Origin: a bacterium
Lineage (GTDB): Bacteria > Patescibacteriota > Microgenomatia > Daviesbacterales > UBA10151
Direction: 5' to 3'
Length of the DNA: 64,000 nt
NCBI GenBank assembly: GCA_021786105.1
Contig: JAJYNW010000026.1
Location: 25,072 to 89,071, forward strand
How positions within the stretch are numbered: position 1 is the stretch's first letter; every line of letters starts with the position of its first letter. This document shows positions 56,428-64,000 of this stretch, piece after piece. The translations under genes and the position numbers were made by a program. The notes below the pieces were generated by a model, which was given only the letters and a program-made list of their open reading frames with translations, was not told the DNA's origin and ran no database searches.

Positions 56428-57141
56428 ATGAAAAAAATTATCCTTGCAGTAGGAGCTCATCCTGATGATATTGATATCAGCTGTGCCGGTACTGTTGCCA
56501 AAACCATTACCGAAGGCGGAGAAGCTTATTATCTGGTCCTGACAGATGGCAGTAAGGGCTCTGAAGACCTTACCATCTCCACCAGGGAACTAATTAGAAT
56601 CAGGAAAGCAGAACAACAAAAAGCAGCCGATATTTTAGGGGTAAAGAAGGTGTTCTTTTTAGACTTTGTGGATGGGGAATTGGAAAATACCGCCAGTCTG
56701 AGAAAACATATTGTTAAGATCATTCGCCAGATTAAACCGACAACAGTTATTTGCTGGGATCCCACGCTTTATTACGATGAACACCGCAACATGGTCAACC
56801 ACCCGGACCACCGGATTGGTGGAGAAGCGACCATGGATTGTGTGTATCCTTTTGCCAGAAATGCCCGAACCTTCCCGGAACTTATGGAAGAAGGTTTAGA
56901 ACCGCATATTGTGGAAGAACTCTTAATTCTAAATTTCCAAAAAGCTAATTTTTTTGTGGATATTACTCAAACTGTTGATAAAAAAATTGCAGCCATCACA
57001 TGCCATCAAAGTCAGTTTGAGAACATAGAAAAATTCGGGGAAAGAATTAAAGAAATGTCTAAAATCATGAGCCAAAAAGCCAAGCCAAAACTAAAATACG
57101 CTGAAGGCTTTATCAAAATTACCCTTAGAAAACCGGGTTAA
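56428..57141 (+). CDS. PIG-L/LmbE family deacetylase
   Basis: AHPDD, HPDH. Confidence 0.92.
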   Translation: MKKIILAVGAHPDDIDISCAGTVAKTITEGGEAYYLVLTDGSKGSEDLTISTRELIRIRKAEQQKAADILGVKKVFFLDFVDGELENTASLRKHIVKIIRQIKPTTVICWDPTLYYDEHRNMVNHPDHRIGGEATMDCVYPFARNARTFPELMEEGLEPHIVEELLILNFQKANFFVDITQTVDKKIAAITCHQSQFENIEKFGERIKEMSKIMSQKAKPKLKYAEGFIKITLRKPG

Positions 57142-57183
57142 TTCCAAATTGACAAAACAAATCCCATAGTTTATAATTATGCT

Positions 57184-57582
57184 GTGACTGAAGCTAATAG
57201 AGAAAATTCAATAACAATTTATCCACCCCAGAAACCGCTGGATTATCCTTTATCAACAGCTTTGGTTGAGGGTATCTTTGGTATCTCTAAATCAACCCTT
57301 TTTAGATGGGAAAAGGACCGCGCAATTCCAATTCCAGAAAGAAGCATTGAAGGAAGAAGGGAATATCAAGAAGCCGATGTACGAGCTATTGCAGTCTTAG
57401 TTCAGAACAAATATCGAGCTAATTTAAGAAGTGTCCTCAGTGGAGAGGATCCAAATAGAGATAGCTCCACAAGGGCCATACAGGAATTGCTGGATTTCGT
57501 TAATACAGATCTTGAATCTTCAAACAAAGCTTCGGTTAAACTGCCTTCGGGATATACTCTCCATTTCGGACCCCGAATCTAA
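57184..57582 (+). CDS. MerR-type HTH protein
   Basis: GISKSTLFRWE...P-R---GRREY. Confidence 0.65.
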   Translation: MTEANRENSITIYPPQKPLDYPLSTALVEGIFGISKSTLFRWEKDRAIPIPERSIEGRREYQEADVRAIAVLVQNKYRANLRSVLSGEDPNRDSSTRAIQELLDFVNTDLESSNKASVKLPSGYTLHFGPRI

Positions 57583-57657
57583 TTTGAAATAGTGACAATT
57601 CCATTATCACTCAATTACACTCTTTCGTGAAGCCGAACTTTATATTAGAATCAAAGC

Positions 57658-58755
57658 GTGGAACAAAAACTTTCTCAAATTCAAAAAGATTATCTTAAAA
57701 AAATTCAATCGGCCCCAAACTTAAAAGTATTGGATGAGATTTTTTTGGAGCTATTTGGCAAAAATGGGGTAGTTAATAAACTTTCAGAAGAATTTCCCAA
57801 AGTCCCTAAAGAGGAGCGCCCAAAAGTCGGCCCGCTTTTTAACAGAATCAAAAAAGAACTGGAAGCTGTAATTGCGGACAAAAGAACCGCCATTAGGGAA
57901 GAAGGCTACAAAAAGCTGGAAACAGAGAAGTTTGTGCTGCAACCTGGAAGGTTACAGGCTAAAAGGCAAGGCCATCTGCACCCGGTCACCAAGCTGGAAC
58001 AGGAAACCATTGAACTTTTCAAAAGATTAGGCTTTCAGCAGTTTTCCGCTCCCCATATTGATACTGATGAATACAATTTTGAGCTTCTTAATATCCCGAA
58101 AGGCCACCCGGCCAGAGACCTTTGGGATACACTATATATAGATTACCCCGGTTATGCGCCCGGCAAATTACTGCTGAGAACCCACACTTCCAATGCCCAA
58201 GTCAGAAGTATGCGTGAATTTGGAACACCCCTTCGGATGATGATTATCGACCGCTGTTTCCGCTATGAAAACCTGGATGCTAGACACGAGCACACGTTGG
58301 AACAATTTGAAATAGTTTATGTGGATAAAGGTGTTAGCATGGCTAATCTACAATACCTTTCTGAATACTTTTTGAAAGCAGTCTTGGGAAAAAATACTAA
58401 AGTCAGAATGAGGCCAAAATATTACCCGTTTGTAGAACCGGGAGCCGGGGTGGACGGGCAATGCCTGTTTTGTGAAGGAAAGGGTTGCAAAGTGTGCGGC
58501 TGGACCGGTTGGCTGGAACTGGCCGGAGCCGGCATGATTCACCCGCAAGTTTTAAAAAATGGGGGGATTGATCCCAATGAATATTCCGGCATTGCCTGGG
58601 GTTTTGGACCGGAAAGAATGGCCATGTTAAAGTATGGCATTGAAGATATCCGAATCTTTAAAAGCGGCAACCTAAAAGCCTTAAACAAAATTCATGAAAG
58701 AAAAAAACCAATTAGTCCGGCTAAAATAGCTGAGCCGGAAGGAGACGTGTTATGA
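57658..58755 (+). CDS. pheS: Phenylalanyl-tRNA synthetase alpha subunit
   Basis: GHLHP, HPARD, LRTHTS, YPFVEP, GFGPER. Confidence 0.97.
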   Translation: MEQKLSQIQKDYLKKIQSAPNLKVLDEIFLELFGKNGVVNKLSEEFPKVPKEERPKVGPLFNRIKKELEAVIADKRTAIREEGYKKLETEKFVLQPGRLQAKRQGHLHPVTKLEQETIELFKRLGFQQFSAPHIDTDEYNFELLNIPKGHPARDLWDTLYIDYPGYAPGKLLLRTHTSNAQVRSMREFGTPLRMMIIDRCFRYENLDARHEHTLEQFEIVYVDKGVSMANLQYLSEYFLKAVLGKNTKVRMRPKYYPFVEPGAGVDGQCLFCEGKGCKVCGWTGWLELAGAGMIHPQVLKNGGIDPNEYSGIAWGFGPERMAMLKYGIEDIRIFKSGNLKALNKIHERKKPISPAKIAEPEGDVL

Positions 58756-60467
58756 AAGTAAGTAAACACTGGCTAAAAGAATTAGTGGAGCTGAAAGTTA
58801 CCATAGAAGAAGTTATAAAACTGCTGCCGCTTCGCACTATCGGCGTAAAGGAAGAAACCCCGCAATTTTTTGAGCTGGATATGAAAGGTTATAACCGGGC
58901 AGATTTGTTATCTTTACGCGGGGTTGCTTATGAAGTGGCTGCGATAACTGATTCTAAGATTAGATTTTCAGAACAATCTGAAAATGAGTACATTTGGTTG
59001 AGTAATAACTTTCCTCAGACTAAAATTGAGGTAAAAAATCCTGATCTCTGTCCAACATATTGTATTGCCAAAATTGAAGGCTTAAAAATTGAACCTTCTT
59101 CGCCGGACTGGGTTAAAAAATTAGCTGACTCCGGCATGAGATCGGTTAATAATGTAGCTGATGTCACCAATTTAATCATGCTGGAATACGGCCAGCCTTT
59201 ACATTCATTTGACGCCGGAGTTGTCAAAGATGAAACCCTGATTGTCAGGACTACCCGGGAAGGGGAGGAGATTGTGACTTTGGACGGTAAAAAAAGAAAG
59301 CTTCATCCTTCTGATCTATTAATTACTGATCCGGAAAAGGCTGTCGGTATTGCTGGGGTGATGGGAGGACAAAATAGTGAAATTACTGACTCCACCAATA
59401 CCATTTTACTGGAAGCTGCTATTTTTGACCCGGTTAATTTGAGGCAAACCGCCACTAGACTAAACTTGCAATCCGAAGCCAGCAGAAGATTCCAGCACGG
59501 ACTAACCAAAAAAAGATGCCTGCAGGCTTTTGATGCAGCTATCAGAATGTATGAAAGCTTAGGCGGAAAAGTCACCGCCATCACTTTGAGCGGCAATTTG
59601 GTAGATCAGGAAAGAAAAATTACCTTAACCAAAAAAAGACTGGATACCATTATCGGAATAGAAATTAAACCGGAGGCTGTGGAGACTTATTTAAATAGGC
59701 TGCATTTTGGGGTAGAGAAGATCCAAGACGGCTGGGAAGTAACAGTACCTTATTTCAGGCTGGATATCGAGATCGAAGATGATGTGATTGAAGAAGTAGC
59801 CAGAATGTACGGTTATGAAAAACTTCCGGCCAAAGAACTGCCCGGAGAAACACCGAAAAAAATTGACCAGTCATTTTACGAACTGGTTTATCAACTAAAA
59901 AACACCTTAGTTAATTTAGGTTTAACCGAAATTCATACTTATTCTTTTTATTCAACTCAGGTTTTGAAAAATGTTAATTTTGATAGAAGAAAGCTGATTA
60001 AAATCCTTAACCCCATGTCTGCCGAAACAGAATATATGCGGAATAATTTATGGCCCAATCTTTTGGAAGTAACTGCCAAAAATATCCGAAATGGCATTAA
60101 AGATGTAGCGATTTTTGAAACCGGCAAAGTCTACCAGGAAACCCCAGAAGGACCAAAAGAAAGCTACCATTTGGCAATTGCTATTAGTAATGGCACGGAT
60201 AACCCCATTGCCGAGCTCTCTGTCATCCTGAACGCAGTGAAGGATCTCTCAATTTATTTGAGTCCCACATCCGTGGGAGATTCTTCGGTCATTTCACTCC
60301 CTCAAAATGACAACGGTAATTTATTCCACCCGAATAGATTTGCTGTTTTAGAAAAAGATGGTAAAAAAATAGGCAAAATTGGAGAAATCCACCCCAAATT
60401 TGTTAATAAATTCGGAATAGATCAAAGGATAGCTATTTTGGAAATAGAATTTACAAAGCTACAGTAA
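58752..60467 (+). CDS. pheT: Phenylalanyl-tRNA synthetase beta subunit (short form)
   Basis: NRADLLS, GQPLHSFD, AGVMGG, R-DI--EDDVIEEVARMYGY. Confidence 0.95.
   Translation: MKVSKHWLKELVELKVTIEEVIKLLPLRTIGVKEETPQFFELDMKGYNRADLLSLRGVAYEVAAITDSKIRFSEQSENEYIWLSNNFPQTKIEVKNPDLCPTYCIAKIEGLKIEPSSPDWVKKLADSGMRSVNNVADVTNLIMLEYGQPLHSFDAGVVKDETLIVRTTREGEEIVTLDGKKRKLHPSDLLITDPEKAVGIAGVMGGQNSEITDSTNTILLEAAIFDPVNLRQTATRLNLQSEASRRFQHGLTKKRCLQAFDAAIRMYESLGGKVTAITLSGNLVDQERKITLTKKRLDTIIGIEIKPEAVETYLNRLHFGVEKIQDGWEVTVPYFRLDIEIEDDVIEEVARMYGYEKLPAKELPGETPKKIDQSFYELVYQLKNTLVNLGLTEIHTYSFYSTQVLKNVNFDRRKLIKILNPMSAETEYMRNNLWPNLLEVTAKNIRNGIKDVAIFETGKVYQETPEGPKESYHLAIAISNGTDNPIAELSVILNAVKDLSIYLSPTSVGDSSVISLPQNDNGNLFHPNRFAVLEKDGKKIGKIGEIHPKFVNKFGIDQRIAILEIEFTKLQ
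60221..60312. repeat. REP-like inverted doublet inside pheT
   Basis: TGTCATCCTGAACGCAGTGAAGGATCTC...GAGATTCTTC...AATGACA. Confidence 0.8.
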
Positions 60468-63009
60468 CCCCAATTGAAGAAGAAAAAGTTCCGCCGTTGT
60501 TATCTTCCAAAGTCACTGTAATGGTGTGTGAGCCTTTATCACCTTGCGGGAACTCCACATGCAGAGCAAAAGGTTCAGCAGTCATGGTTGATTTCACTGC
60601 ACCATCTACTAACCAGGTAATTTTCTTCACCCCGGCTGGTGAATTAGCTTTAGCCAGGACATCAAACACGCGCGGTACATTAGCTCCATTTCCCACATTA
60701 ACAATCTCAATCACTCCGCCACCGCCCGAAGTAAATCCCGGAACCCCTGAACAACCTTTAGTTACCCCCACCAGTAAGGGATTCGGAGCTGTCAACACCC
60801 ATTGGTCTATCCCGGTTTGCCATTTATTCGCTCCGGTCGGATCATTTTCCTGTAAAACTATCACATCTTTTTCCTCATTGTCTTCATTATCATTAGCCAA
60901 CCGATGAGGGTTAGTTTTACAAACTTTTTGATGCTGATAAGCGCTGGATTCACTTTTTGGCTCTGTCCCGGCAATAAAGTATTCTTTGCGGGTAGGGGAA
61001 CCGTTGTGCGGTTTACCGGTCATCAATCCGTCCACATCGGCTTGAATTACATCATCCGGCTTTATAAACGGCTCATTCTGTTTACCCTGTAAAGCGGCCG
61101 TCATAATCTTATTCCAAATCGGGGAAGCACCGGTCACACCTGACGCAATTGTTGGGCTCATATCACTGTTATTGTTGTTGCCCACCCAAACACCTACTAC
61201 AACAGACGGTGTATAACCTACTGCCCAGTTATCCTTTTTCTGATCAGTTGTACCGGTTTTGACTGCCACTGTCTTACCGGGGATTACCAAAACCGAATTT
61301 GAGCCAAATGCGGCCGTTCTGGCCCCATTATCCGAGAGAATATCGGAAATAATAAAAGCAATACCCGGATCCAGAACTTTTTTCCCTTCAGATTCATGAA
61401 ACTCAAACAGGGTTCTCCCTTTGCTATCAGTAACCTTTAAAATAGAAACCGGGTCAAGCTGACGGCCTTGGTTGGCAAATACCGAGTAAGCCGAAGCCAA
61501 GTCCAACAGTCTAACCTCCCGTCCTCCCAACACCAGACTCAGACCAACTGAATTAACGTTATCTTCCGTCGGTTCCCAAGTTGATAAACCCATTTGATAA
61601 CCCAGATTCATCACATCTTTTACTCCCACTAAAGCCAGGTTTTTAACGGCCGGAATATTAAAGGAATTACCCAAGGCATACCGCATCTGGACAGGGCCAT
61701 GAAATTGGCCATCATAATTGCCCGGAACATAAGCAGGCTGATTGCCTCCCGGGAATTCGGTCTTAACATCCATATAAACCTGATTAGCTGTATAACCTTT
61801 TTCCAAGGCTCTGGCATAAGCAATCGGCTTGGTGGCTGAACCAGGCTGCCTGGGAGAGATAGCTGCATTGACATTGGGCTCAAAAGTACAAGTCGCTCCT
61901 TCTTTACAACCATCAGGCTTGGAATCCCCAAAATAATCTTTGCTGCCGACCATGGCCAGAATTTGACCGGTTTTAGGATCCAACACCACTGCCGCCCCAT
62001 TACCCACTTTGGCCGAAGTCAAATCATCTACTTCTTTTTTAACTATTTCTTCAGCTTTTTTCTGCAGATCGTAGTCTAAGGTGGTAGTTACCCGAAGACC
62101 TCCACTTTCCACCATCTTGTCACCAAATTGCTCAATCAGTTTTTCTTTGACATACAACACAAAATGGGGGGCTTTGAAGCCCTGTTCGCTTTGGCCGGTC
62201 CGGTAGGTTAACGGCTCATCTTCCGCTGCTTTTGCTTGATCCTGAGTAATATACTTATCTTCCACCATCCTCCTTAGCACTTCCTTCTGTCTGGCCTTAG
62301 CCAGTTCAGGGTGAGTTCCGTACGGGGAATAAACAGAAGGCCTTTGAGGCAGTCCGGCCAGCAGGGCAGCCTGGGCTAAATCCAAATCCTTGGCAGATTT
62401 TCCAAAATATAGATTTGAGGCAGCTTCAATTCCATAGGCCGTACCACCATAGGGAATTTCATTCAAATACATTTCCAGGATCTGATCCTTACTGTAAGCC
62501 CGCTCTACTTGGATGGCCAATATAAGTTCTTTAAGTTTACGAGTCAGCGTCCGTTCACCTGAAAGCAAGGCATTTTTCACCAGCTGCTGGGTAAGCGTAG
62601 AACCGCCGCCTTCAACTTGACGGTGGATTACCAGATCAAAAAAAGCCCGGCCAATTCCGACTAGGGAAAAACCGCCATGTTTATAAAAATCTTTATCTTC
62701 TATAGAAATTGTGGCCTCTTTAATGTAGGGAGGAATATCAGAAAGCTTTACCGGCGTTCTGTTTTGGTTTTGGTAAATATCATAAAGTAATTGACCGTTC
62801 TTATCGAAAATTTTAGTAGCGGAAGCTATCTCGCGGCTTGATAAATCAGAAGGATCGGGCACCTGGGTAGCAAAGAAAATAACAGCTCCGAAAAGCAAAA
62901 GCAGAAAGCCTACTACTGTAATTAGTATCCCTGTGGATAGACTTGATAAAAATTTAAACTTCCAGATCTTTTTATTTTCCTGTCTGGCTCTCCATGAACC
63001 CGGAGTCAT
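60451..63009 (-). CDS. Class A penicillin-binding protein with C-terminal Ig-like domain
   Basis: EDKDFY-H-G, GGSTLTQQLVKN, QPGSATKP, KTGTT. Confidence 0.95.
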   Translation of the reverse strand: MTPGSWRARQENKKIWKFKFLSSLSTGILITVVGFLLLLFGAVIFFATQVPDPSDLSSREIASATKIFDKNGQLLYDIYQNQNRTPVKLSDIPPYIKEATISIEDKDFYKHGGFSLVGIGRAFFDLVIHRQVEGGGSTLTQQLVKNALLSGERTLTRKLKELILAIQVERAYSKDQILEMYLNEIPYGGTAYGIEAASNLYFGKSAKDLDLAQAALLAGLPQRPSVYSPYGTHPELAKARQKEVLRRMVEDKYITQDQAKAAEDEPLTYRTGQSEQGFKAPHFVLYVKEKLIEQFGDKMVESGGLRVTTTLDYDLQKKAEEIVKKEVDDLTSAKVGNGAAVVLDPKTGQILAMVGSKDYFGDSKPDGCKEGATCTFEPNVNAAISPRQPGSATKPIAYARALEKGYTANQVYMDVKTEFPGGNQPAYVPGNYDGQFHGPVQMRYALGNSFNIPAVKNLALVGVKDVMNLGYQMGLSTWEPTEDNVNSVGLSLVLGGREVRLLDLASAYSVFANQGRQLDPVSILKVTDSKGRTLFEFHESEGKKVLDPGIAFIISDILSDNGARTAAFGSNSVLVIPGKTVAVKTGTTDQKKDNWAVGYTPSVVVGVWVGNNNNSDMSPTIASGVTGASPIWNKIMTAALQGKQNEPFIKPDDVIQADVDGLMTGKPHNGSPTRKEYFIAGTEPKSESSAYQHQKVCKTNPHRLANDNEDNEEKDVIVLQENDPTGANKWQTGIDQWVLTAPNPLLVGVTKGCSGVPGFTSGGGGVIEIVNVGNGANVPRVFDVLAKANSPAGVKKITWLVDGAVKSTMTAEPFALHVEFPQGDKGSHTITVTLEDNNGGTFSSSIGVTVAL

Positions 63010-63074
63010 ATATAAAGTTGATTATATCAGGTACAAACCAGCACTGCGAGCCACAAGCATGGCTATCCCCGCAA

Positions 63075-63995
63075 TGTCCCCGTAAATATCCGACACTAAC
63101 TCCTCTCTAAGGGTGGTCTCATGCCTTTGTTAATATGTGGCCTGTGATAATGATATCTGTCTAAGAACTGGTTAACAACTAGGGTAAGTTGAGGTATTTG
63201 ATTTGCTTTGTACTTTACCCAACCCAAACACTCTTTCCTAACTGTTCTATTAAAGCTCTCAATATATGCCTGTTCATTTTTCTTGTAAGGTGAAGCTATT
63301 CTAAATCTATCTGTATATTGGTAGACTTTTCTTTTAAATTCATCCTTAAATTCTGATCCTCCATCAGTTTGAATTAGATCAGAATGCCCATTAAATCTTC
63401 TGCTCATACAAGTATCTAAAAATATTACTCCATCTTTGGCTGTTAAAGATGGCCTCAAGATTACATCAGCTTCTTTGGAGTAGATATCAACACCCGTAAA
63501 GGCAAAGACCTCTCCAAAATCAATTGAATCCATTTGGATAACTTCTCGGGGCTTCTGGGCATGAGGTACAGGACCTCTTAACTGGTTCTTTTTCCATTTG
63601 CTTCTTAATTTGTATTTCTCTGCTAAAATTTCATAGATTTTAGACACAGCAGGAGATTGTCCATACTCTTGTTCTAAAAAATATTTAATCTTTTGTCCAC
63701 AACAGTCCATCTCCCTTTCCCTAATCTTCCAGACTCTTCTTTTGAGGATGGGATCAATTTGTCTTTTAACTCTTTGTCCTCTTTTGGCATTAGTATACTT
63801 ATCTAAAAATTCCAGTAACCCTAAACTTTCAATACCACAAATCCACAGATGAACTGTTTCTCTGTTTAATCCTAACTGTTTAGCTATATGGGTCTTAGGA
63901 ACTTCCTGCTCATAGAGTTCCCAGGCAATCGTAATTTTAGTTAATTGATTCACTTCTTCCATTTTACTGGAAGTGTCGGATTTCTATGGAGAATA
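63075..63995. mobile_element. IS481-like insertion sequence
   Basis: Imperfect ~23-bp terminal inverted repeats sharing ATCCGACACT around a transposase. Confidence 0.75.
63096..63962 (-). CDS. DDE (rve) transposase
   Basis: N-terminal HTH, QMD, QTDGGSEF, IESFNRT, Y--RPH. Confidence 0.9.
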   Translation of the reverse strand: MEEVNQLTKITIAWELYEQEVPKTHIAKQLGLNRETVHLWICGIESLGLLEFLDKYTNAKRGQRVKRQIDPILKRRVWKIREREMDCCGQKIKYFLEQEYGQSPAVSKIYEILAEKYKLRSKWKKNQLRGPVPHAQKPREVIQMDSIDFGEVFAFTGVDIYSKEADVILRPSLTAKDGVIFLDTCMSRRFNGHSDLIQTDGGSEFKDEFKRKVYQYTDRFRIASPYKKNEQAYIESFNRTVRKECLGWVKYKANQIPQLTLVVNQFLDRYHYHRPHINKGMRPPLERS

Positions 63996-64000
63996 CTTCG

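Overview
Low-GC bacterial chromosome segment. Gene content and style (many apparently leaderless genes, short ThrS/PheT, MurT-GatD) suggest a CPR/Microgenomates-type host; this is inference. Host regions: 1-9.4 kb holds stress and metal-homeostasis genes plus tRNA-Gln, and 39.6-64 kb holds a tRNA cluster, glmS, cell-wall genes, thrS-infC-rpmI-rplT, pheST, PBP1A and an IS. Between them is a ~30.2 kb element (9403-39627) inserted at a 6-bp core (TGGAGC) in the 3' end of tRNA-Gly(GCC), apparently by its large serine recombinase. It has a temperate switch, lysis-like genes and virion-like genes, but no terminase, portal, HK97 capsid or Rep that I can recognise. It does carry three proteins sharing one small basic helical domain, a glycosyltransferase/methyltransferase pair and a ~2 kb non-coding region that looks like folded single-stranded DNA. 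Metal/redox cargo blocks are bounded by a repeated 29-bp site, and the crossover lies inside the recombinase gene, so excision would swap its C-terminus. Host-side oddities include tRNA 5'-part copies with D-loop insertions, REP-like palindromes inserted in frame in essential genes, a short-stem T-box and a CTG-start infC. All family assignments are from motif recognition by eye; no database searches were run.
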